A program made the translations under genes and the position numbers. A stretch of DNA of 43,508 nt. It comes from Kondoa subrosea (taxonomy: Eukaryota). The stretch covers positions 4,191,347-4,234,854 of the forward strand of contig BCIN01000001.1 of assembly GCA_039545335.1 (NCBI GenBank). The letters run 5' to 3'. Shown piece by piece: positions 24,234 through 36,126 of this stretch (the first letter of the stretch is position 1; each line of letters starts with the position of its first letter). Under the pieces are notes generated by a model. The model was not told the origin of the DNA, ran no database searches, and was given only the letters and a program-made list of their open reading frames with translations.

Positions 24234-27107
24234 CTAGTCAAACTCTTCTAGGTATAATCTAGGGTTTCTTCTAACTTCTCCTCTCTGCCAATTGAAACAT
24301 AAGCGTTGAACACAATTCATCCAGTAAAAGAACCTTACAAGTACTTTGCTAGCGGATGTAGCTTTCGATACCACAGATGTGAGATCAGCAGCCATAGGTC
24401 CTGCAATACAAGTCAATGAGACTTGCTAAAGTCTCATTGACGAAAGCCTGACCAGGTCCACAAAAGCCAACCTGCCAGAAAACAGAATGAAAAAGTGGTA
24501 CAAAGAGGAAGGATGATCATACTTACACAAACGTGATCGCTAACTGCACTGAGCTCAATCTCTTCCTCTACAATCTGTCCTAGATTGGGTCTTCCAGCAC
24601 AGATCTCGAGAGGTGTTATAGGTGGTTTATTGAAAGCAGGTTCAGTGTTCGCGCGCTAATCCTAAATCAGCGCGCGATAGATAAGAGAAATCGTCAGAGA
24701 ACGCACAGATTGTTGAGGTCTTGATCTTGATGCTTTCCGATCTGGACTTCTCACCGATTGAGGCGGATAACTTTCACTTGGAGTATAAACCATTGAAGCT
24801 TTACTAGGTGATCGAGCAGGTGAATAAGTATCAGCTGGAACAGGTAAACTGTTGATCTTGTTTCGATCCCGATCATGTTGCATAGCATTGTACATATCTT
24901 CAGGTAAGATTTGTCTTGACATTCTTTGTTTTGGAATCTCCTTCATTCGAGTAACATANACTTTGATCTTCAATAATCCAGGNGGAGCTAGAGAAATCGC
25001 TTCTTGCAATTTNCCATCNAGCCATGCCAAGTGNGAAGCATCTTTGATTGACCAAACGAAAAGAATACGTTGAGTGCAAACTGCCATATTCGATCGACCT
25101 AAGGCTAATGCTCGAGCTCGTCGAACCAATTCCATCATAACGCTAAGAGTGAANGATACGCCTGATCCACCTGCAAAAAGTAGTACTGTTTCTGCATCTT
25201 CTCCTAGTAAGCGAGTCGGTCCATATCTGATGAACGATTAGAGAAAGTAGTTCACCAGACTTGATGACTTACGGTCCTTCGGTCCACTGAGCGATTGTAA
25301 GCATGATTCAAGCATTGCTAGAACAAGGAGAACGCACGGCATAAATCTCGCTATGTTATTCGATCAGCTACTACCGTGCAGGTAACATTCTCACTTACTG
25401 CGAAGGATATTTCCCATCTTGAATGGGTTTCAACTCTTTCCCATCAGGTTGTATTCCAACATCTTGTTCACCGATAGCCACANCATATAGTCGTTTAGTC
25501 AGACCACCTCTGACTCTGATGATCAATTCATGCTGCGCTTCTGATGGTGCTGAGTTGTCTAGCTGAGTGAGAGGATGAGGAATCGAGGCAAGTGAGAATG
25601 GATGTCCGCCAGCTGAAAGGAATGGTAGATGTAGGTAGACTAAAAAGGCATCAGCTGAGGCCTGGAGTTAAACGGTCACAGAAGTACCATGTGATCCAGC
25701 TGTCCATGTCATTTTCGTTCGAACAGCTGGAAGGGTATGTCAGCTGCGCGATTAGATTGACACGAAGCGTTTACTTACTGACACGCAATGTATCATCGGT
25801 CAGAGCTTCAACCCAAGCTGTTCGCTTCATGTCTTTCTTCGAGAAACCGCGGAAACCGAAGTAGAAGATGATTCTTCCAGCTCGCCAACAGTGATCCGCC
25901 AGATCTGTTCATCATTAGAAGAAGCTTCACAAATCAATCTTTAGAGCTTACAAAGCGCTAGGCCGACATATAAATATCGAGCTAGCTCTGCTCTATGCTT
26001 TATCAGGCAAGCAATCATGACCAAGACGGAAACTTATCAAACATATAAGCGAGATTATGAGATAGCAAAACCAATAACTGACCGACATGAATGAAGATGA
26101 AAGCCGAGAAGAAGCGACTCCTAAACCACCGAACGCCCGTGATATTGACCAACAAATAGCACATAGCTCCACCTATACCCCATTTCACCATCTCCCTATG
26201 ATCTGTTTGACCAGGAAGAAGGATCAATCCAGCTGCACCAAGTTGGATATTCGGTACATTGACCCAGACTCGACCTATTATATGGACAGTAGCAAGAGCA
26301 AGGACCAATCTAAATCTTTCTCAGTTGGGCTCGAAGATAGCTGGAAGAAGCTGACCTTCCTGCCCAGCGATGAAAGCTGTCATAAAGAGGCATCAGCAAG
26401 TAACGAGGACATACTTCAAATATTGACTGACAGGTTAAGGCCTTCGTACTGAGTCAATTTTAGCAACGTCTGAGACCGAACCACATTCGCTTACACTGAA
26501 GCCAGTGAAGTATGATATGAGATTGTTCTGTCGACGTAGTGATCAATCGCGTCTACATCAAAGATGCAAATGGTGCTCACCTTCCCCGCCAAACCGATGA
26601 TGAGCGGCATGAAGGCGTACATGGTTCGAGCGCAATGATGCGCGACCCAATCGATATCCCAACTGCCTCCAAAAGGAACGACCGCAAGTACGATGATCAA
26701 AGCAGCCAGAATGATACTGAATTGTCCAACATTCGAGATATGGACTTTGTCTAGGTAGCGAACCTTCTGTCCTATTCTTCGCCTGACGACAGCTTGAGCT
26801 GCTTCGAAGAGACATGACCAAACGATTGTCGGACTCGGCTTCCTTCGCTTAGGAGGATATAGCAAGCTTCCAGCATATGAGGCAGCTCTTCTTCGCCGAA
26901 AGAAAGATAACAAAGTCTGAACGATATTGATGAGGACTGCTAAAGCGAATATCGTAGATAGTCCAATCCAGATGTCCAAAGGTACAGCCTGATTGCTGAA
27001 GAATATACTTCAGACGAGATCAAACGTTGACTGCATACAACGAACTATTTGGCCAATGCAGCAAGCTGGTCATCGCTATACGCTTTTGNGTTCGTAGGAA
27101 GAGGCAT
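24234..27107 (-). CDS. Ferric/cupric reductase-like transmembrane oxidoreductase (FRE/NOX superfamily), copy A, complete
   Basis: Heme-ligand segments FHRWAGR...LATVH and FIFIH...ACLIKH; HP..LAS FAD-binding segment; EGPYGP; VLLFAGGSGV; RILFVWSIKD; C-terminal GPMAADL...LYLEEFD. Spliced start MPLPTN at 27107. Confidence 0.9.
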
Positions 27108-28032
27108 AAGGAGGGAAGGAAAGACAGCGAGAGCGCGGAATAGCAAGATTNANCAAATCCATCAACACAAAGGCAAGAACGCTCCTTCGAGTGTCAGAAG
27201 ACTGAACAACGCAAGCTTTGAACGTTGTATTCGCTCTGGCTTCTGCTTCATCGTGGGTGTGCACTGNGATATCTCTTTGTCTGGCCTTTGTATTGGTGTA
27301 CATGGAAGAACTTATGATTTTGAAAATTCTGCAACACTGTGTCTGGGCCATACAGGCGATGAGTAATACAACGTCTGCAGATGTGATCTATATTCTGCTT
27401 TTCTCCCTTCGAAATCTTGTTACCGCTTCAAGCTTGAAATTTGTCGCTTCGTCAGCTTTTGTCTTCGACTTATTTAATACTTCGCCTGTCTGTTGTACTA
27501 TTCCGACAATCAGTACACTTTTTGATTGGCGAATCGCAAGCGGGCAGAGCGTACACCATAGTTGCGGTGATTGCTCGATTTCTTATCACAGCCACGGTCC
27601 AGTCGAGTTGCCCAAGAGCCACGTCGAGCTTCATACCTGCCTATCCTTCAAGGATCAACCGTCTAGTAGGAAATCGCGCTGCTTTGCGTTACTGAGAACC
27701 CTTGTACTGGCAAAGTCAGACTACCTCTACAAAGCAAGCTGCAATCGTTCAAAGAAAGCCTGGCGCTGAAGTAAAGTCCGCTTGTCCCTTCTGCAGCGAG
27801 ATTTTGGCCCACCCTTGTGAGCTTTTCTCGTCTTACATCGTATCACTGTGCCGAAAATATGTTTGGACAATCTTCGTGCACAACATATTGGTTAGTGATT
27901 GACCATGCACTGGCCCGAGCTGGACGCGTAGGTGCTGGGCGTAAACCGTTAAAGTGGAAATTTCTTTTGAAAGATTACGAGACAATGCGTGATTCTATGT
28001 ACAATGCGACTATGAGAGCCACCAGTTCATCA

Positions 28033-29772
28033 TCAAGAAGAATAGAACGCTTTAAGTTGGGCACCAAACCAAGTTCGGAGTTCATTGTCCTGTTGCATAA
28101 TCTTCTCCGCCTTCNCGACTAGTGATTTAACAGCAGAAAGATCACTGGAGCAAATAGTCAAATTCTGAAGCAGGTCGCAGGAAGGACGTTGAACTCACTC
28201 TCCAGCATCGATACCAAAATGTTTGCGTAAGGCGGGATCAGCTTGCGACAAGGACGTAGGTGATGCAGCAGCAAAGAGCTGAACAAAGCTGATCAGAGAG
28301 GCGACTTGCTTTGACTCGCTGAACCGGCCTTGAGCGTATTGATGCGCCATCACATGTAGCTCAGTGCTATCGAAAGTCTGATAGAATGAGCCCATTCCGG
28401 TCTGCCTCGAATTGTTTGGCCACGCAAAGCATGCAAAAAAAATTTAACGCACTTCAAGGAAGAACAAGGTACTAGCAAAGGCATGAAGATCGAATTCCTC
28501 ATGAAATTTGTGCTGTTCTGGCGGCATTTGAGCGAACGAATATGCTTGACCGAAATCGATAATCTTGATGTGGTAATCGGGTGTAATGACCACATTGCAA
28601 AAACGCAAATCCCGCCAGGCGATCTTGCATTTATGTAGATGCTTCACGGCCAGATAAATTTGGGCACCAAAGCTCTTAGCGAGAGCGTTAGGCAAAGCTC
28701 TGAAATATNNGAGTCAGCGCCAGCGGTCGGCTGAATGNAGAGCAGTCCTACTTGAGAGGCGGTACACCACGTCTCTTCAANGCATTGAAGCGAGCTGAAT
28801 TCTTTGAGTGATGCTCGAGCAGTGCCGTAAACCACGAGGGTTCGGCATAGCTCTTGGAAGACTAGGATAGTGATCAACGATTGTTTCCCAGNNCTCACTT
28901 CTCTCGTAAACTTACCTTGTTCTCGGGCGTCCACACATGANCCGCATCTGTCTTATTGACTTGCAGATATCCCTCCTCCACAAACTGCTGAAGACTGCAA
29001 GGCATCAATTCGGTAAGCAGAACGTTGGCAATGGAGTTCAGATCAGAATTGGTCGTGATAATGAACGAGCTGGTAAGATACTGCAGAATGGTCCTCTCAC
29101 GAGCCAAAGCCTCTTGAATCTGGATGTGAGTTTTGCGATAAGCTAAAGACAGATGAAGTCAGCAGTGGAATTCGACATTTCTAGATACGGCACTTACAAG
29201 ACATAGAAGCGCCAACAGCGAACTTTAGCGCAGCCGACTTTCCAGCAGTCGAACCAGCAGTCGGACGAGCTTTGTAAACAAGAGTTCCAGAACCAGCGCC
29301 AATCTTAGACAAGAGCGTATATGATCTGAGTAGTGCATTAGCCCGCAACGTCTCCAAAGCTAAAAGCTTGGACTGACTTGATATGAGCTTGTGGCTTGAT
29401 TGCATCGACTCCGATATACTCCAAAGAAGAAGAAGAAGTAGGTGTCTGCTTCACTAGGCCGCCAAAAATACTGCTCATGATGAGCTTCATTATGTTTTGG
29501 GTGCTCGAGTCTGGCTGTTTCGTGCAATGCTGGAACAGCTTGAGTCCCATGAAGCGCATATGCAATATTAGCGCGCTGTCATCTCGGGTTAGCATCGCCA
29601 GACAAAGATTAGAAGGCGGGTTCACCTCTTGCCATTGTTTGTTCAATTCGGACTGGGACATGACTAGAGAGAAGTATGAGCATGCATAAGAATAGAAATG
29701 TGAAAGAATACCATGATAACCGTCGAGCCCGGGTATATGAGATTGGATATGAGGGAAAGCAGGGTTGGACAT
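28033..29772 (-). CDS. Atypical eukaryotic-type protein kinase, copy A
   Basis: Spliced product has YTLLSKIGAGSGTLVYKA (Gly loop), AALK, ARERTILQYL (alpha-C Glu), TELMPCSL (hinge), HLHKCKIAWRDLRFCNVVI (catalytic loop), IKIIDFG and DLHAFASTLFFLETG (subdomain IX-like). Confidence 0.85.
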
Positions 29773-29842
29773 GATTTGACGTGAAAAAGCAAGGACTTTG
29801 ATTGAACGGAAAGAGAGAATAAGAAAAGATGCACTTAGGGGA

Positions 29843-29857
29843 AGAGAGAGAGAGAGA
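29843..29857. repeat. (GA)n microsatellite upstream of the kinase gene (also present in copy B near 37933)
   Basis: agagagagagagaga is directly visible. Confidence 0.7.
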
Positions 29858-30246
29858 CGAAGCGCCAAGCGATTCTGATGATCATGAGAACAAAGGCAAA
29901 ACTGAAGCTGCGAATGTCAGAAGACTGTATCTCCCGGACTTCAACTTGGCCTCGAAGTCCAGGAGAGATATAGCGCCAGTAGATGTCGAAAGGCTCCCTG
30001 AGTATACCTGTGCAGATAGCTAAGCAATCTGAGCAATTCTCAAGAAGTTGCGATGATCGGACTTAATGCTCGACCGAAATATACATTGAATGATCTAAAT
30101 GCGCTGAACTAACGATTTGCGAAAATGAACGACTTGAGAAAGAGGGTTACTGATGCTATTTACTGAAATGTTGGGAATCAGAACGTCTTGATGAATGAAT
30201 TGTTAGTCATTATGCCGAATACCATGCTTTGCCCTGTTAACTGGTG

Positions 30247-31843
30247 TCAGCAATATCCTACAACACAAAACGGAAGACGTACAGGCTGAACGCCGACCAT
30301 ACGAATACTGACGTATCTCTTGAAGCGCTCACTTTCTGGTATACTATCGCTTGATTCCATGCTTTCCCTTCGATCAGCTGCGAGATGGAACTTCATTCTT
30401 GCAAAGACTCTGTGAGCGACATCTGCTGTTTCCGGTAGCATAGCGCAGATTTCTTCTTTGCCATTGCTGGAAAGATAGTTCAGCTCAAATGTAATGAAAC
30501 ACAAATGAGTCACTGACCTAAGATAGTGCCGAGTTACATCCCGAAGCAGACTATCTGCTATACCTCGACCCTGCAGATGACTTGTCGTATGAATCTGCAC
30601 CGAAATTTCAGCTCAAACGCAAGCCGCAGCATTTCGAAGAACCTACTGCAGTAATAGCAATAGTTCTATCGGTCTCTAAAGCAACAGTGACGAATCCAGC
30701 GATCAAACTCAAGCCTTTCAAAGTATTCGAGTAAATGCTGAATCGCATTCATCAGTCGTCACTCCCATTATTTNATAACTGCACACTGACCTATAAATCC
30801 AACAAGTCTGCTTCTTGACCAAACTTTCTACCGCTTTCAAACAATTCTCATAAGAAACATGTTCATTCGGGTTCCCAGAAACAGCAATCTGATAATCTTT
30901 AAACATGTTTGCCAAAGTTTTCAACTTGTCTTCCATGTTTGCTAAACGAATTTCACANCCTTCCGATAATTTGATTTCAGGTGGCATTCCAGANCAAGGT
31001 AAATGAGTGTAACGAAATTTAGAGATTTTGTTACATTGTGGTGTTGTTATTGAAGCGGAAGAACCTAACGGATTGAGAGGTTGCAATTTCTGTGCTAAGA
31101 TAGTAGCTAATCGAGTTGGACCAACAACGGAAGGAACGTTGTAGACTGGAGAATGTAGATTTGCAGGTTTGATCGTTCCACCTGGTGTATTGATTGATGA
31201 AGGTAACAAAGAACGAAGACGAGACGCAAGCTCTTCCAGACCAGCTGAAAGACGATCGGTCGATAATTTGGAAAGATCCTTCGGACTGCCAAGTACAACT
31301 GAATCTCCATGTAGTTTGGTAAGAATGATTTCAGCTGTTTTCTGACCATTGGTGGTAGTTGAGAACAGGATTAGCCAGATATTGACTTGTGGCGCAGAGA
31401 AAGTTCTTGCAGAAGGTGGTTCTTGCAATTGAGCCAAAGTGGGAGCGATCTGTGGATTGAAGAGCCAAGTCTAGCGAAATAATGAGCATAAGTTTAACCT
31501 GACAGAGTATTTGTCTTACATCAAANTGATCTCCNANTTGCTGNTTCATTCCGGTGATNAANGCANTGCCATTTGGAAAAGCTTCAACCGAGAACGAGAC
31601 TTCTTCAAGATCGGTTGACATTCTTCTCGTACCATTCTTGAGCGATCTTAGACTGAATTGAGAACTGCGTCGAGATAGACTGAGAGATGTGAGAGGAGGC
31701 GTTACAGTCAGGTCTGTCAGCGAGTCTGCTTCATCTTCGGTCAGAACACTTTCTGAGTCGTCTGAGGTATCGTCGGTCAAAGCTGAATCAGAACTCTTGC
31801 TTGATGATACTGTGCTAGATGTAGTAGAGCTGTCTCTTGACAT
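30247..31843 (-). CDS. GNAT-family (FR47-like) acetyltransferase with a Ser/Asp-rich N-terminal extension, copy A
   Basis: C-terminal IAGFVTV...TIAITA|VHTTSHLQGRGIADSLLRDVT carries the acetyl-CoA motif A (QGRGIA), followed by EEICAML...AHRVFARMKF. The exact 3' end is uncertain. Confidence 0.75.
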
Positions 31844-32270
31844 AGCCTGCGAAGGTGCAGTCGCGCTTAGAATCTCAGTCTAGCAAACGTGATTGCTAAG
31901 CATGTTTGCGGAAAGTCGAAATGCAGCAAGAGCTCACAATGTATGAAGCAACACAGGCTTCAGAGCCCGTTCCAGACTTCTTGCCTCGATATGATCGGAA
32001 CATGATGGGACAAATGCAGAACAATGGAAATGCGAAATGCGATGTTCTGAACGAACCAGAGCAGTGCTAGCAGGTCTCTACACAGGTGGTATATATCTGC
32101 TGGTTGAGGTCTGTAGGTGAATCAGCAAGAGCGACTAGTCCGGCATCATGGCTTGGCTTAGAAGTTATAGGAAGAACTAATCCTGTGTATCCCAGACTTG
32201 CCCACTTTTGCTGACTTCCTCTCTTGCTTTCAACCACGACTTACGAGTATATACCACTAAGAGCTATACC

Positions 32271-33472
32271 ATGGCGAGAATACCACGTATAGCAGTCGTC
32301 GGGGCAGGAGTAGCTGGGTTGAGCGCAGCAAGGAGATTGCAGGATCATGCAAGCGTTGTTATTTACGAAGCAAGAAATCGTATTGGAGGCAGAGTATATA
32401 CAGAAGACAAGGTAGATATGGGTGCCAGTTTCATACGTCAGCATATCAGACCAAGACGTTGCGATTGGATCTCATGCTGTGCTTGAATAGACGGACTTGG
32501 AACAGAAGATGAACCGAATTCCTTCATGGAGATCGTGCGTAAGGCCGGAGCACGATTCTCGCAATTCGAGGAAACGCCATGCATGTTTGATTCGCAAGGA
32601 ATCAAGATCTCAAAAGAAGAAACAGCGAAGATAGCTGAACGCTTTTGGTCTCTGTTTGAGGAAGCCATCGAGTACTCTAAGAACAACTCGAGCAAGATCC
32701 CTTCGTCTGAGAGCTTGCATGACTATGTGTCCAAGGTAGAGTAAAGGTTCTTCATCAGACGGCAGTGCTCAGACTTTGTCATAGTCCCTCTCGCACGAAC
32801 ACCCTCTCTTCCGCGACCATTGTCTTCAGTACGCAGATCTTTGGGGCTGCTTTGTCGGCACAGATATGCGCAAGCAATCTCTTCGCTACTTCTATTTTGA
32901 ACAAGTCGCTCCCGGGCCAACAGCTCTTGTTACTTCCACCTATCACAGCATTATCTCTACTCTTGCTGAGCCAGTACTATCGATTGTACAATTCAACAGA
33001 GAAGTCGTCTCGGTCAATACCACGCAATAAGCTTACATTGGCAGACGGGTCTGAAGAAACCTTTGACCAGGTGTTGATCACTATTGCTCTCGGCTGTCTA
33101 AAACACAAGACCATCTCTTTCTCCCCACCGCTTCCTTCTAGACTAGAATCAGCTATCTCATCACTCGGTTATGGGAATCTCGAGAAAGTCTACTTCCGTT
33201 ATCCTAAAGCTTGGTGGTCAAGTAACTCAGAATCATCATCAGGCTTTACTTTCCTTGCTCCCACTTATGATTCAAAGAATAAAGAAGAACAAATAATAGA
33301 AATCATGTCCCTTTCTTCTTTCGCTTCAGATCCACAACCAGTCCTTCTGATGTTCGTTTATGATCCTGTAAGCTCTTGGTTAGCTAAATCACCACCAAAA
33401 GAAGAGATTATCGATTTCTTTTCTACGTATATTCAACGATTGCCGAATTACTCTTCGACGAATCCAGATTGT
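32271..33472 (+). CDS. Flavin-containing amine oxidase (polyamine oxidase/Fms1-like), copy A; frameshifted near 33020-33030 and truncated by the gap
   Basis: IAVVGAGVAGLSAA..L...IYEARNRIGGRV, DMGASFI, DQVLITIALGCLK and LGYGNLEKVYFRYPKAWW. A +4 nt difference relative to copy B puts TAA in frame at 33028-33030. Confidence 0.85.
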
Positions 33473-33572
33473 NNNNNNNNNNNNNNNNNNNNNNNNNNNN
33501 NNNNNNNNNNNNNNNNNNNNNNNNNNNNNNNNNNNNNNNNNNNNNNNNNNNNNNNNNNNNNNNNNNNNNNNN
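33473..33572. other. Assembly gap (100 N, typical placeholder for unknown size)
   Basis: Run of exactly 100 N separating the two block copies. Confidence 0.99.
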
Positions 33573-35196
33573 CATATAGTCGTTTAGTCAGACCACCTCT
33601 GACTCTGATGATCAATTCATGCTGCGCTTCTGATGGTGCTGAGTTGTCTAGCTGAGTGAGAGGATGAGGAATCGAGGCAAGTGAGAATGGATGTCCGCCA
33701 GCTGAAAGGAATGGTAGATGTAGGTAGACTAAAAAGGCATCAGCTGAGGCCTGGAGTTAAACGGTCACAGAAGTACCATGTGATCCAGCTGTCCATGTCA
33801 TTTTCGTTCGAACAGCTGGAAGGGTATGTCAGCTGCGCGATTAGATTGACACGAAGCGTTTACTTACTGACACGCAATGTATCATCGGTCAGAGCTTCAA
33901 CCCAAGCTGTTCGCTTCATGTCTTTCTTCGAGAAACCGCGGAAACCGAAGTAGAAGATGATTCTTCCAGCTCGCCAACAGTGATCCGCCAGATCTGTTCA
34001 TCATTAGAAGAAGCTTCACAAATCNATCTTTAGAGCTTACAAAGCGCTAGGCCGACATATAAATATCGAGCTAGCTCTGCTCTATGCTTTATCAGGCAAG
34101 CAATCATGACCAAGACGGAAACTTATCAAACATATAAGCGAGACTNTGAGATAGCAAAACCAATAACTGACCGACATGAATGAAGATGAAAGCCGAGAAG
34201 AAGCGACTCCTAAACCACCGAACGCCCGTGATATTGACCAACAAATAGCACATAGCTCCGCCGATACCCCATTTCACCATCTCCCTATGATCTGTTTGAC
34301 CAGGAAGAAGGATCAATCCAGCTGCTCCAAGTTGAATATTCGGTACATTGACCCAGACTCGACCTATTATATGGACAGTAGCAAGAGCAAGGACCAATCT
34401 AAATCTTTCTCAGTTGGACTCGAAGATAGCTGGAAGAAGCTGACCTTCCTGCCCAGCGATGAAAGCTGTCATAAAGAGGCGTCAGCAAGTAACGAGGACA
34501 TACTTCAAATATTGACTGACAGGCTAAGGCCTTCGTACTGAGTCAAATTTAGCAACGTCTGAGACCGAACCACATTCGCTTACACTGAAGCCAGTAACGT
34601 ATGATATGAGATTGTTCTATCGACGTAGTGATCAATCATGGCTACATCAAAGATGCAAGTGGTGCTCACCTTGCCCGCCAAACCGATGATGAGCGGCATG
34701 AAGGCATACATGGTTCGAGCGCAATGATGCGCGACCCAATCGATGTCCCAACTGCCTCCAAAAGGAACGACCGCAAGTACGACAATCAAGGCAGCCAAAA
34801 TGATGCTCAGTTGTCCAACATTCGAGATATGAACTTTGTCTAAGTAGCGAACCTTCTGTCCTATTCTTCGTCTGACTACAGCTTGAGCTGCTTCAAAGAG
34901 ACATGACCAAACGATTGTTGGACTTGGCTTTCTTCGTTTAGGAGGATATAGCAAGCTTCCAGCATATGAGGCAGCTCTTCTTCGCCGAAAGAAAGATAAC
35001 AAAGTCTGAACGATATTGATGAGGACTGCTAAAGCGAATATCGTAGATAGTCCAATCCAGATGTCCAAAGGTACAGCCTGATTGCTGAAGAATATACTTC
35101 AGACGAGATCAAACGTTGACTGCATACAACGAACTATTTGGCCAATGCAGCAAGCTGGTCATCGCTATACGCTTTTGNGTTCGTAGGAAGAGGCAT
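33573..35196 (-). CDS. Ferric reductase-like gene, copy B (5' part only, cut by the gap)
   Basis: Near-identical to 25484-27107, with a cluster of largely synonymous differences in ~34260-34940. Confidence 0.85.
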
Positions 35197-36126
35197 AAGG
35201 AGGGAAGGAAAGACAGCGAGAGCGCGGAATAGCAAGATTTATCAAATCCATCAACACAAAGGCAAGAACGCTCCTTCGAGTGTCAGAAGACTGAACAACG
35301 CAAGCTTTGAACGTTGTATTCGCTCTGGCTTCTGCTTCATCGTGGGTGTGCACTGNGATATCTCTTTGTCTGGCCTTTGTATTGGTGTACATGGAAGAAC
35401 TTATGATTTTGAAAATTCTGCAACACTGTGTCTGGGCCATACAGGCGATGAGTAATACAACGTCTGCAGATGTGATCTATATTCTGCTTTTCTNCCTTCG
35501 AAATCTTGTTACCGCTTCAAGCTTGAAATTTGTCGCTTCGTCAGGGTCAGGCTGCTTTTGTCTTCGACTTATTTAATACTTCGCCTGTCTGTTGTACTAT
35601 TCCGACAATCAGTACACTTTTTGATTGGCGAATCGCAAGCGGGCAGAGCGTACACCATAGTTGCGGTGATTGCTCGATTTCTTATCACAGCCACGGTCCA
35701 GTCGAGTTGCCCAAGAGCCACGTCGAGCTTCATACCTGCCTATCCTTCAAGGATCAACCGTCTAGTAGGAAATCGCGCTGCTTTGCGTTACTGAGAACCC
35801 TTGTACTGGCAAAGTCAGACTACCTCTACAAAGCAAGCTGCAATCGTTCAAAGAAAGCCTGGCGCTGAAGTAAAGTCCGCTTGTCCCTTCTGCAGCGAGA
35901 TTTTGGCCCACCCTTGTGAGCTTTTCTCGTCTTACATCGTATCACTGTGCCGAAAATATGTTTGGACAATCTTCGTGCACAACATATTGGTTAGTGATTG
36001 ACCATGCACTGGCCCGAGCTGGACGCGTAGGTGCTGGGCGTAAACCGTTAAAGTGAAAATTTGAAAGATTACGAGACAATGCGTGATTCTATGTACAATG
36101 CGACTATGAGAGCCACCAGTTCATCA

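Larger units (their letters stand above)
25484..33472 (+). repeat. ~8 kb block, copy A (5' part of the reductase, kinase, GNAT, most of the amine oxidase)
   Basis: Collinear with 33573-41561 at an offset of ~8089 bp; the ORF track repeats almost verbatim. Confidence 0.97.

Noticed and set aside
27108..28032. Plus-strand ORFs of up to 183 aa and a GATA-like site upstream of the reductase
   Set aside because: The ORFs have no recognisable motifs and are disrupted by frame-shifting indels in copy B, consistent with non-coding DNA. One GATAAG is insufficient to call an iron-responsive element.
32765..33655. 296-aa ORF running through the N gap
   Set aside because: Artefact of translating Ns; it joins oxidase sequence to the antisense strand of the reductase.
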